Positions 11,703 through 29,950 of a stretch of 64,000 nucleotides of DNA are shown here, one piece after another. Location of the stretch: assembly GCF_964355755.1 (NCBI RefSeq), contig NC_092676.1, positions 21,222,871 to 21,286,870 of the forward strand, in the 5' to 3' direction. Every line of letters starts with the position of its first letter. Within the stretch, counting starts at the first letter, position 1. Below the pieces are notes generated by a model. The model had not been told where the DNA came from. It was given only the letters and a program-made list of their open reading frames with translations, and made no database searches. This stretch comes from Antedon mediterranea (lineage: Eukaryota; Animalia; Echinodermata). The translations under genes were made by a program, and so were the position numbers.

Positions 11703-14700
11703 ATGACGTGTCGCAGCAGTTTTGTTCGGTCTGCTTTGATCGTGATTAACCTGTTTGTTTGGGTAAGTTATATATTAAACATTAGTTATGAATAATTATT
11801 TTCATCTTTAGGTTGGTCATCTAGCTGAGCCAGGGAAGAGAGCGAAGTTATCACACAGTCCAACTCAGCTGATATTTATTAATTTTCATCTAAACCCTAG
11901 AAACATTTTATATAATGTTTACTAATATAAATGGGCCGGCTGTTTCTAGCTATTGCACTAATAATGTACTATACTAGGTGTTTTACCGAATGATCGTACG
12001 ATCAAAACGGTATTGGGTATGTTCCGTGTTATATGTTCCTAACTAATCATTCATTCATAGAAGTACTGATGAAGAAGTCAATGGCGACTATACCTGACTT
12101 TCTTCGACTTTTGATAGTATTCAAATAGTTTTGAAAAATGTGTTAGGATACAAATGTACGATATATGATGTATAGGCCTATGCTTATTACAAGCTAAAGT
12201 TCGAATGCTCATAATTGTGTTTGGTCAAAACTTTTTTATTGGGTCTGGGATCCAGACTTTATTATCCTTAATTGCAGCGAATTAACTAACGGTATGGTAT
12301 TAAACAATTTAATATCAAAGTCGACCTTATGTCTACTTCTATTCTGTATCAAACTAAATAAAACATATCAATGACGAGATTTATACCCTTATCAAGCTAA
12401 AGTTACTAAATTTAAATTCCACCATAAATCGTAAATTAAATTAATTGGTATGTTATTGATAACTATGCTACCCGTACATTGGTTTATTGTACAGTATATA
12501 CTGTCTTTACTGTACCAAACTATTGCACTCTTTCTTAACTATGTCATACGATCTCAAAGAAGGCATTGAGTAAAAAACACAATAGAGGAAAATTGTGAAC
12601 CACGATACCACAGTGAAAATTGGCGAGTTGTAGAAAAATTCTAAACAAAGCAGATCTCGTTATGTTTGTTGTATATTTTTCAAAATGTATGCTGAGAAAA
12701 TGTGTAAAAATCATTACGAAATTGTATAAAGACTAATATTATACAATCCTCCTACAGTAATGTATGTCAATCTGACCAAATTTGAATTTGTATTACTTGA
12801 AACCTTAAATAAAAGCTGTTACCTCCCATATGGTATTGGACAATATGCACAATATTGCACAATATGCTGTTGTGGTGGTCCATAAGTTTATAATGCGCAC
12901 CGCACGACCGCTGGGTCAGACGCCTCACCCCTTCCCGTCCGTTGTTTTCTTTAGTATTTCTCTCAAAATCTAATCTTCCATTAGTAAGTATATCAATATT
13001 TAAACTAAACACTGCGCTAACCAATTCTTTCTTATTATTTAATAACTTAGTCCATTAAATTAGTATTTCATGTTTTTTTTTCTAATATTGCTATAGCTAG
13101 GAGGAACAGCTATTTTAGGCGTTGGTGCATGGATTGTCAGTGACCTTTCTGATACCGAACAAGAAGCTCCGGGTCAGGCCTTTATCTTGGGAATTGGAAT
13201 AGCTGCAGTTGTTCTGGGTGTATTTGTTTCATTAATTGGAATCAGTGGATGCTGCGGAGCCTGTAAAGAGAATGTCTGCTGCCTCAAATTGGTATGATAA
13301 CTTTAGCTATGTTCACATGCTCTTTTGTCTATCGGAGTTAGTACAAGCGTGTTCACACGCTCTTTTGTCTATCGGAGTTAAATACTGTCCCAAGCATTTG
13401 GTTTATCTCTCTCTTCCTTTACGTTTAAACCTTTTCAATTCAATTCAATTCAATTAAAACTTTATTATCCCCATGGGGAAACTCTGTTGGCCTTTTCAAA
13501 AGTACAGTACATACAAATATAAAATGGATACAGTACATAAAATATAAAATACGATAAAAAAAGCCATACAAAATATACATATAAAATGTATGTGGTCCGA
13601 CGTCACATAATGTAAACCGGAGTTATATAAACCAGTACACTGAAGTTGCATCGGAGTTAATGATACGGAGGTGTAAGATACGTTGAATGCACAGTACCTC
13701 ATGATTTGATTCAGTTTAAATATGTACATGTGAACATGCTTCTCTTCAATGAGAATAACGCAATGATAATAGTCCTTACATTTTTCAAATCAGATACCGG
13801 GACCGGGGTATTTAAATCCAATTTACTCTTAATATAACTATTATTATTATTTTTTATGATCATTATTTTAAAATAAAGATTGGTTTGTATTCGGGCTTTC
13901 CTATTGTTTCCCTAACCACATTGTTTGTTTACAGTTTGTTGCATTGGTGTCACTATTGGTCTTATCGGAACTTGTGATAGCAGTGTTTTCTATTTTGATG
14001 TCTAGCCAGGTACAATATGTTAATAAATGAAAGTTCAAATATAATGTTATAATCTACAGTTTATACGATAGTGTATGTGTTTTATTGGAAACAAAATAGC
14101 AATGTAACTTGAGGTTCATTGCAATGTTGCATTCTATAATCTACTCTAATTTCCACCCGGCATAAATTATCATATCATAGGCAAATTCCACAATACAGTA
14201 TCACATGTATCAAGGGTTAAGGGTTAGGGTCTATACAGGATTTACAGATACATGTATGAAGTTGCAATAATATTAAAAATTTGTAAATTTGTAGTACTGT
14301 ACGGCAAACTTTTGCTTAAAAATGTTTTTTTTTTACAAAATATGTTAAGTTATAGGAGGCCGAGTTATCCACCTTACCCCTCAACTTTCCACCAGACTTT
14401 AATTACTTCTATTATATTGGAACAGATTGAAGAAAAAGTAGACGAACAAATGATGCAATCTGTAAAGGTGTACAACCTCCATCCAGAGGCAACTAAAGGC
14501 TTAGATCGTGCTCAGTACGGGGTAAGACATTTTGGACAAGGTTAGATACAACGACGTAACATAAATAGGTAGTAGAGTTAAGCTTGGTTCCCATTGGAGA
14601 CAAAACGCAAGGTTGTAACGCAACGAAAGCGTGTTGACCAATGACAAGCGAAAGTTCGAATAATCCAAAGCTTGTGATTGGTCAACTCGCTTACGCATTA

Positions 14701-16820
14701 CTTGAACTGGACGTATATTTTTGTTTACTAAGATCAAAGTTATATTTGCTCGTCGTTTATTTTGTGTTGTAATGGGATGAACGTTATTTGTGTTTTGTGA
14801 ATGAGGGAGGTAACAAAAACAAACGGACCTGATAGATAGCTGTTAATTTGACCTGTTGGTTTGTTGTCTCATATTTGACCTGTGTGAATTTTTACCAGTA
14901 ATTACTCTTGTTGATAGCTTTATGCTTTTATACTATTGACCCCTATCATGTGTATACCGTTTTTATTTCATAAGAATCTCATGCTGAGTGAGACCGCCAA
15001 ATAAACTAAGCAAGACAAATTCTTCGAGGGTGGGGTGACTTTAAATGAAAAATTAACTAACGGAAAAAAGCAACATACTACGAAGAAGCAAAACCTTTAG
15101 ATTGTGTGTGTATAAAACTATTTGAGGCATGCCTATTATACATTTGTAACAAATATGAACAGAAATAAGACAATTAAGTTTGAGGCTAAAAAATTGGTTT
15201 GGAAAAATAATGTACACCTTACATGATACAAATGAACTGGTTCTTTCCTATTTCTTCTAATTTCAGTCCCCAATGTTCTTTTTTTCTGTTCGTATACTAT
15301 ATTCTGTTCTGTATGTATAGTTAAGGTCAGGTCACAGTTCAAATACTATTAATTAAAGATAGTTTCTGTTTCTAATCTGTTTAAATTTCGTCCACTGAAT
15401 CTATACTTTGAAAGAGTCTATTAGGCCTACTGTACAGCCACCATGTGTTGTTTTAATCTAAACTAGTGAACTACTTAAAAGTGTGATGTTCCCAAGTATG
15501 GTAGTGATATGCCCAAATATGGTAGTGATATGCCCAAATAAGGTAGTAATATGACATCATCATCACCACATAAAGTTTGATAGTGTAGACAGAGCTATAC
15601 ATTGTCTAAAATGTACGTCATTTTATTTTGTTTCCATATACTCTTAATGATGTTCACAACTCTTTTGATAACAGTTGCAATGTTGTGGTTCATCAGGTCC
15701 TAGTGACTATAACGAAAACATAAACATAACAGAAAACATGGTACCGGCAACGTGCTGTAAGCAGCCTATGGATGAATGCACCTTTATGCAAGATTCTGAG
15801 ACTGTCTACCAAACAGTAAGTCTAATTACCCAGGATGATCTAGATTTTTAAGGGTGGGGCAACATTCTTATCTTAGCTAATAAGTGAGTGAGTGGCCGAG
15901 CGGTTAAGACAGTGGAACCGTAATCACGTAGCCATAACATCGGCAGGGGTTCGAGGCTCACTCACTCCATGGTTCTGGTGGTAGAACGAGTCTCCTCGGA
16001 TAAGGACTATAAACCGTAGGTCCAGTGTACACAACTTGCTCGTGTGCACTTTAAAGAACCTAGTACATCTTTCGAGACGAGTAGGGGGTTACCCCGGTGT
16101 ATTAGTACATCACAGCCACTGATCACCAACTGGGCCCTCTGGGAGATCAGTCTTTGACTGAAGAGGTCACCCAGTATAAAGATAAAACAAACAAACAAAC
16201 AAAACAAGACCTATCGCGTTAATGAAGGGATAGATTAGACAATCGTCTTGCTAAGGCACTAAACATGTGATGGGATTCTGCTTTCTCTCAACTTCAAAAA
16301 CTGACTCCATTCACTATTGCCTCTAAAACCTGTTGGTCTTTTCAGTCCTCTTTCAACGACCTCGTTCGCATTATGTTGCCTTAACCTGATGGGGAAAAAA
16401 TAATCCATCTCTCCATTCACCGTTTCACATTCTGTTTTATTCTATAGGGATGTACAGAAAGATTGGTAGAGTATGCTGATGAATATCTAGCATGTATCAT
16501 CGGAGTTTCGTTAGTTTTACTTGTCTGCCAGGTATGTATACATTCACAGTCACATATATTTTTATTATATGTTCTGTTTTTTTTATGATGGAACAACAAC
16601 GATTACTTGACTAAATTTAGGCCTACAGAAAATCTGCGATAAAAAGGCCCCAGTGCATGAAGGAGAAAGAAGCCCAATAGTTTTCAAATTTAAAACGTGA
16701 ATTTCTCCCCGTTAGGCCGGACATGTAGTTGTAATTCAAAATTTGCATTTTTTTCAGATTCTCTCTCTCATTTTTGGTTGTTGTTTGATTCGATCAGTTC
16801 AGGATGAAGAAAAAGTATAA
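11703..16820 (+). CDS. tetraspanin 2 (237 aa)
   Basis: Exons 11703-11762 (MTCRSSFVRSALIVINLFVW), 13097-13291, 13935-14009, 14426-14521, 15675-15815 (LQCCG...VPATCC), 16448-16531, 16758-16820 (TAA). All are phase 0 and GT-AG. A probable non-coding exon ends near 10316 (GGTAAG). Confidence 0.92.
11975..12075 (+). repeat. dispersed repeat fragment (copy at ~39588-39690)
   Basis: Shared CCGAATGATCGTA..ATCAAAACGGTA.TGGGTATG...CATTCATAGAAGTACT. Confidence 0.55.
15460..15597. mobile_element. PIF/Harbinger-like MITE with internal 21-bp minisatellite
   Basis: Ends AGTTTGATAGTGTAGACAGAGCT; internal GGTAGTGATATGCCCAAATAT repeats. Same family as the copies at 26466, 30090, 40001 and 40912. Confidence 0.7.
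15883..16205 (+). mobile_element. tRNA-derived SINE (degenerate relative at ~20005-20170)
   Basis: A-box TGGCCGAGCGG, B-box GGTTCGAGGCT, GAGTGAGT/ACTCACTC acceptor-like stem, core TCGGATAAGGACTATAAACCG...GCACTTTAAAGAACC, (AAAC)n tail. Confidence 0.85.
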
Positions 16821-18605
16821 CGATATACAGACAATCGTTGTAAATGAAATACAGCATTATGATCGTATTATTTTATAGTTTGTTAAAGCTTTTAGTAAAA
16901 ATTAGTACTTAGAATAAAACGCGAGATGATACATTTAATATTACCGAAAACGTAGTGTGTCAAATTTATCAATACTATAATTATGTACTCCATGAGCGTA
17001 TTTAAATGACTTATATTAGAGTAACGGGGCGCAGATTTGGACATTATCAATTAATTTGTTGACTATAATTTAGTATTGTAAGTTGTAGACACTTATGTAG
17101 ATACTGTACTTATGTTTTCTGTAAGTCTTATTTTGCCTGATTTACTTATTGATGAGATATTAGAAAGCTTTCAATTAGCGACGTGGAGTCTATGACGTCA
17201 TGTTCATTTATTGCGCATGCGTTTGAATTTGGTTTGGCAATTTCGTCGGACCCAAATTCATCGAATAGGTCCAGGTGACGACCTTGAATGGGTTTAGCAC
17301 AGAAATTCACATGTGAACGTGTTGGTGTATGGTGACGACTTGGGACATACTATGACCTAATGCATGATTATTACATAAGTCCTATTCCTCGAAAATCAAA
17401 AGCTCCCTATAGGCCTAAGTTTAACAATACACTACATATTGTGGATAGAGTATAGGCAGTCATACCCTCCGCACCTACTGCTGAGGCAGGAGTATTACAT
17501 GCATGTATTGCCGACGTCAATGAAGCAACATTACCGTGTAACAGATATAACTCAACCCCTTTATTATCATTATTATTCGTTTCATAAGAGAAGATTGTCT
17601 TAGAGAGTCATCGACACTTTGTGTATTATTTAATTTTATGTTCAATATTAGTCAGTAAATTTGTGAGAGTTTCAAATTTAGGAATATCTCATCCAAAATA
17701 AAAATTATTCAATTTTTTGTTTTTATGTATTTATTTTGAATTTCTGTAAGAAACAATAATCATAAACCTTTTATATTTCTGTAAAATTATAGCATTCTGT
17801 AGATTAGTTTTTTAAATAGTAATAAAAACATTAATATAGTGTCACGCCTACGAGTAATGTCGTTTCTATTTGTATTTAAATCATGTTTATCTAACGGTCA
17901 CTAACGCCGATTAAAAACGAAATAGTCTGCAGAATATCCAAAGTCCAAAGAATGGTATCATGTAGATAACGGTTGTACGGTATAGGTTATCGCAAATTAT
18001 ACATTGAAATGAAGGTCTGTGTTTAAATATTGATACGTTCTACCAGTCGATAGACGGCATATTATTTCGTGTAGAGTTACGAACATCGATACAAAGGTAA
18101 GATTAGGCCAAGTTTTCAAAGATGGTATGATAATGTTAGTCTAGGTCCATTCTCCTTATAGGCTACTATAAAGTATGTTGTGTCTTGAATAGACTGTATT
18201 TTAGGTCTAATCATAAAACAAGCTGTTTTGATATAGTTAAGGTAGTAGGGCATATTCTGTGGAGCGCTATGAACAATGACACAGACGTGTAATCATCCTT
18301 CTTAAGGTTTGCTAAAAAGCATCGGAAAAAATGTCTTTAATAGGCCTAATCACAAAAAACTGTTTATATAGCGATGCTGTGTATTGTTGACGATTATAAA
18401 CGTGAATAACAAGTGAAAGTGAATACAAGATTTAATAATACAGTATGACATCATATAGCAGGGATGTAACTTATTTATAAGTTAGGTTTTTATAGGCATA
18501 TTTCTCATTATTAGATCTATGCCTGTACATGCATTGGAAAAACAGTTGAAATTTCATAATGAAAATAAAGATATTTGTTTTTTAGATTAAAAAATACGGA
18601 CTAAG

Positions 18606-21505
18606 ATGGCTTTCAAGATATCGTTCATTAGAAACTTGCTTTCAATAGTAAACATTTTCACATGGGTAAGTATTTGTATGGACGTAAGCGCAACCCTCGA
18701 ACCAGAAAAATCCATAGGCCTATTAAAATTACAATTCTTTACAACTTGTTTGTTTGTTTGCACGATATCGCCTACAGTTTTCAAGTTATCATTCTGATAT
18801 ACATAGGTACTGTATATACTTACAGAATATCTATTGAAAATCGGTTCACTAATTACATCACAAATAAAAAAAGAAACATTTGTATTCTTGTAACATGGGC
18901 TAAAATGTCAACATGCGCCCTCTGTGGCAATATTTTACCAAGTACTTTACTCAGTTTCTGAGCGCTTTCATTTTTGTTTGTTAGATCGCTGGAGGTGCTA
19001 TACTGGGTGTTGGACTCTGGATTTTGATAGACTTTGCAAATTATGGAATTGAGTTTGGAAAAGATGTTGTGGAGGCAGTCGCAATAGTTGTCATTAGCGC
19101 TGGATGTTTCGTGTTTTTTGTTGGTTTCATTGGCTGCTGTGGTATAATGAGAGAGAATCTCTGCTGCCTTTACTTGGTCGGTAGAAAAAGACATTTTATC
19201 TTTAAATTTAAAATGTTGGCCTATCATAAAATAAATAGATTTTTTCACCGGAAATTTCTCATCTATTTTTGTTTGTATTCCCCAATCCAGTTTTAAGATA
19301 CTTTACCACGTTGATATTATTACATGTTTGTACCCAGAAGAGAATCCATGATTTGAAAAGGATATTAAGAAATGCCTGAAAATTAAAACCTAATTAATGA
19401 TACAAGTACTCCTCAGTTCAATTATTCTTTGTAGTGCCTCAAAAAGTTTTCGTATGACTTTCAATTCACTTAAGTAGGCCTAACCACTTATGATATTTTG
19501 TTTATATCCAGTATTTCGTATTGCTTGGTGTAGTCATTCTGATAGAGGTTGCTGTGGCATCGGTTGGGCTTAGTATTTTATCTGTGGTAAGAAATACGAT
19601 AAGAATTTTTTAAAGTACTTCGGCATTAGGTAAATTAATTATCAATGATGATAATGACGTTATAGGTGATGGTGTAGATACTATCTTTAATTTGTGATAG
19701 ATGATAACACTGATAATGAAAGTGATAAGTATGTTGATAATTATGGCGATGATTGTGAAAATGATTGATAATATATCACGTTGTTGTATCATTGGTTTAG
19801 GTTGAAAAGGAAATGGACAAATCCATGAAGTATACAATAAAAAATGTTTACGGCAAGAAAACTGAAAATGGCATTGATTATATACAAAAAAAAGTATTGC
19901 AGTATTTTTTATCATCATACTCTAAGTCATTACAATCATAATTTAAGCCATCTGGTCAAATTATCGGGCGTTTAGGGCCGGGCCGGACGCCGGGTACCAT
20001 ACCTAAATAACCAACAATATCGGTAAGGGTTCGAAACCGACTCGCTCCTAGTACTGGTGGTGGAAAGTCTTCTCGGATAAGCGCAATAGACACAGTTTGC
20101 CCGAGTGAACTTTAAATAGCACAGTTCATTATTCGAGACGAGTAGAGGACTACTCGGTAAACTGGTTCACAGATACCTCCTGTATTAGTGGGATTACCAA
20201 CTATTTAATAGGGCAGTGCCTACATACTTCAAATAAAATCACCCACTCTATTGCCCATGATTATACAGTACATATTATCAGTTAAGTTTTTAGCGTGGTT
20301 GATCTTGTTTGTCTTTCATGACCAACTCTTAGAATTTGACAATGCAGTAATAATTTAAAAACAATGTCGTTAATAATCTTCATTCATTTGGGTAACAATT
20401 ACAAAAGACAAATTATAAAAGACCAGCCTAATCATATTATCATTTCATAATAAATATTTTTATTAATTAATTATTAATTTTATTTGTGATGTTTAATCAG
20501 TTCGAGTGCTGTGGATCAGTTGGGCCCGAGGATTGGCGGACATCTTGGTGGGTTTCAAGCAACGAAACATCAACGGGTGTTGTACCTCTTTCGTGTTGTA
20601 ACGAAGAAGCATGTTGGGAGGATGGTTATGATTCTAGCAAAATATATCAAAGAGTAAGAATAAGATTTATATTTATTATAACAATTACGGTACGTGTTAT
20701 TTCAAGCTTCTCAACCTATCAAGTTAAAACACTTTAGTGGTATAGGCAGGGAGTATAGGAATGAATAAACGCTAGTAAACCATATAGTACGACAAGGAAA
20801 TCAAGCCTTCCACCTAATACGAATAAATTAACTTTTATAAAAACTCCTTCAATATATATACCTAAGGTCTAAATTAGACATTTAAATGTTACAAGATCTT
20901 TTGAGCGACGATCTGGAAACAATTTAGAAATTCGTAATACACTATGTAATGGTTTATTGTTCTGATTTAGGGTTGTGTAGAAGTCTTGTATGGGTACATT
21001 CACGACTATTTTACAGCCGTTGCTGGTGTTTGTTTTGGAGTATTGGCTATTGAGGTTAGTTTACTGGTGACCGGAAAACGAGCTTTGCTCAACAACATTT
21101 TATGTATACATTTTTATATTTTTTTGTTGTAGTGGAATAAATTGATACTGATATGTTGTAGTATATACATTGTGTTTCGCAACAACAAACAGCAGCACAG
21201 TTTATGACACTGTGGGAGAATCTGGTGGGAGAATCTGGTGGCATATACAAGAAACACTGACAACAATGTTCCGTACATAGGCTAAAGTAACTAGTACTGT
21301 AAATACCGTCATTTAAAAAAAAATGTCGTATTTGGTAAGAATCTTCAAAACCCTGCAGTTTCGATGCTCAGAAGTTGCGCTAGGCATGTGAATGGGTTAC
21401 TGTATCTCAATATGAAAACAATTACTGAATGTTTTATTTCAGATTTTTGCAATGGTTCTATCTTGCGTGCTAGTGTTTGAATTGAGAGAAACAACAAAAT
21501 TGTGA
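18606..21505 (+). CDS. tetraspanin 3 (239 aa)
   Basis: Exons 18606-18665, 18985-19176, 19512-19586, 19801-19893, 20501-20653 (FECCG...VPLSCC), 20971-21054, 21443-21505 (TGA). Probable 5' UTR donor near 18095 (AAAGGTAAG). Confidence 0.92.
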
Positions 21506-21810
21506 ATCTTGGGACAGATGAGTTGTAATTTCGAGCTTTAAACATGGAATGAGGAACGCCCGCTTCCAGAAAGTGGGGGGGGGGGGGGGGGGTAACCATT
21601 AGTCTTCAACGCCAGACAGTTAAAACGTGCAAGAACTTCAAAGACATTTCATTTGTGCCTATTATATAATACCATTATAACATTATCTTATACCTTCATT
21701 ATTATACTAAAGATTTGTTCCCAATTGAACGTCAGTTGACCAATGACATCGTCATTTAACCATGGATGCTGAGCTCGGGAGATCAAATGCTTTATGTTAG
21801 ATTGCATTGA

Positions 21811-22163
21811 TTTGAAGATGCAATAATAAAGATTAATTTTTAAAAATTTAAAAATAAGGATTACTTAAATCAGACTTTCAATAGGTTATTTTGTAGTTTT
21901 AATCAAGTTAATCCCTTCCATAAAAACAAAACGAACGAAAATAATGTTTTCTCATATAAAAATTACAAAATAAATGGTCAAATTGAACCAAAAACCCATT
22001 GGCTGGCAGCCAATCTGACTATTTTTTGGTTTAAATTATAGTGTTTTCAGGTAAATAATTTTTTTCAATTCAATTTTTGTTCAAAGTGGATAAATATTAT
22101 GTAACATTAAAATGGCATATTCAACAACAAAACATTTTTTTGAGGGGGACAATACATCTTTAA
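21811..22163 (+). mobile_element. TTAA-flanked MITE (Kolobok-like)
   Basis: Ends GGGGACAATACATCTTTAA; internally homologous to 4362-4645 and 42130-42433. Confidence 0.7.
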
Positions 22164-23293
22164 TCAATTACCCCTGTGTGGCATCTAAATGTGAACATGC
22201 TTTAAAATAGTTACGTATATCACCTTTTTTTGTGTAAAATGGTCTGAAATATATAAGGGAAAAGATAAGATCCATGCAAATGTTGGTTAACAAACAACAA
22301 ATATGGACATACAGTACGTACAACTGGTAGATTTATTTATTCAACTTTTTAGACCTGTAGAAGATTGATTTGAATAACTGCATCAAATATATTAAAAAAA
22401 AACATTAAAAAAAGAGAAAAAATCGCAGCCTTCCATTAAACAAAAATGTCCAAGAAAAAATTTCCAATTAAAAAATATTTTGTGCCAAATAAGCATTCAA
22501 TGAATACAATAATCTTCATTCAGCATTTAAAAGTAGGCCTACAGATATTTTACAAACAGCACCTGACTAACTTATTCATTTTCTAATCTGTATTATGTTT
22601 ATACAATAATACATGCAGTATATGTTGTATATTACACTGAATTTCCATATAAAACATTTTCAAAAGTCTTAATACAGTTTACCCTTACCTTTGGGACAAT
22701 TTAATCCTGAAGGTGTCCCCTTAATAGAGGTTCTAATGCAATTAATATTCAACGAAAATGCACCAAGCATACACTGTTGAATTAATCGATTTATCATGGT
22801 TAAAATAATTTAATTTAACATAATGTAGTATTCAACATACCACATAATGTAGTATTCAACATACCACATTTTAACATCGTATTTGCAGTGATTACCGCCA
22901 TTTTTATTTCTTCATAAATATTTCACAGCCTACTTATTAGGCTGACAGTAGTAGTAGTGTATTAATACACTATTGAAATGACATCATGACCCTCATTTGT
23001 TATGCATGTTTGATTTTGACAATTATGCATACATTACTGGAATATAAATACCTCATTCCAAACACTGTAAAATAGTTCGTTATTAACATTATTTAAAACA
23101 TAAGGAAAGTACAAGCTGCATTCCTTAAACGTTGATTGCTATCCAATGTCCAAATATCTTCATTCAAAATTACCAGTTGAATACTTTTGGAATTCTGGAA
23201 CAGCAAATGATGCAAGGCAGAGAGAATTCAGATAAGAATCTGCTTTGGCCTAAATGCAAAAGACAACACGACAAAGCATTCAAGCCCGGTGTC

Positions 23294-28724
<5,431 letters not shown>

Positions 28725-29450
28725 TTTATAGAGTTAAATGAATAGTTGTTTTCTCGACTTTGTTTGAAAATTCAATCGTACATACCATGTGCGATACGAC
28801 GCGCAATAGGCTATCTCTTAACGACGACTACTGGATCCGTTTCAATACAATGTGGGTATTTAAATGTGACGTCACGATTAGGCTGTTGATTTGATGAATT
28901 TATATTCATTAATGGAGAGATTTATTACATGAATTAAAATTGAATATACAGTACAGTACTAATATATAATTTGGTACGCAAGTGAAAAATGTTGCTCTCG
29001 CCCCAGGAAAATCTGATATGCAAGCTTGCCAACATCTCATCAAATGTCAAAGATAGACGATACCATTTTAGTACATTTCTTTCTGTTTTAATACTTTCAT
29101 TAACAATAAATTATTTACATACACCATAATCAATAGTTATACATACGAATTTGGGTAACAATATTTTATAGAGATATAATATTAATTTTTACTTAAAAAT
29201 CACATAGTAATCAGTTGGAGAATATAATTATTACCCACTGTAAAATGGAATCGACAGACCAGCTGCAGCAGCATCATTAAGATAGGATACAGTGTAGTAT
29301 CAATGGAAACCGGAAGTAATTACGATCTAAGCGGAAGTTGTTTGGAAGTTCAAGAACGAATTGAAAAAGAGATAGAAAGTCGATCAACTTGTATTTACTT
29401 CCACTTCTAAAGTTCTTTAACAACGGGATAAGTGTAACCAGTAACTTGTA
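28725..29450. promoter_or_regulatory. putative bidirectional promoter between PRMT1 and CD151-like
   Basis: The genes are divergent. Palindromic CRE TGACGTCA at 28867-28874; ETS-like ACCGGAAGT at 29309-29317 and GCGGAAGT at 29331. Probable CD151 5' UTR exon donor near 29448 (TTGTAAG). Confidence 0.55.
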
Positions 29451-29950
29451 AGATTATTGTTTAATTAATTATACAATTTATCGAATTATAAATTATGTAT
29501 AATTATAATAAAAGAAGGGAATATAAATAGGCTATATTCTAGGTAGGCTAGGCTAGTCTGTTTAGACAGAGTAGGGAGGTAGCAGGGGAAGAAGGAGAAA
29601 ACGGGAGGGTGTTGGTCTACCTGGTATACTGGGCTTGAAATAGTAGGCCTAGTTTTTTTTCGTTGAAATGCAAAAAGAAGAAAATTAATCTACCAACCAC
29701 TATTTCTCAGCCATCAATGATCATCATTTGTTTTTATAATTTTATTATTTTTGCTTTTTAAAATTATTTATAAAATTTTCAAATCCGCCTAGGCTAGTTA
29801 GAGGCCCTATAGGTCCTAGTAGGCCTAACTACAAAACTTTCTCTGTTCTAAACTTTCAAATTAGGCTTTATGATCTCTATGTTTATTGATGAATACTGTA
29901 TTGTTTTTCCTATAATTAAATCATTTTGTATCAACAGATCACTTATAAAG

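Noticed and set aside
13311-13380. Short local tandem duplications (also 22819-22868 and 31316-31360)
   Set aside because: Ordinary slippage products in non-coding DNA.
15886-15967. Apparent tRNA gene
   Set aside because: It has A/B boxes but no proper anticodon arm or T-run terminator, and it continues into a SINE body and tail.
21574-21592. G19 homopolymer downstream of tetraspanin 3
   Set aside because: A simple repeat with unreliable length and no evidence of function.
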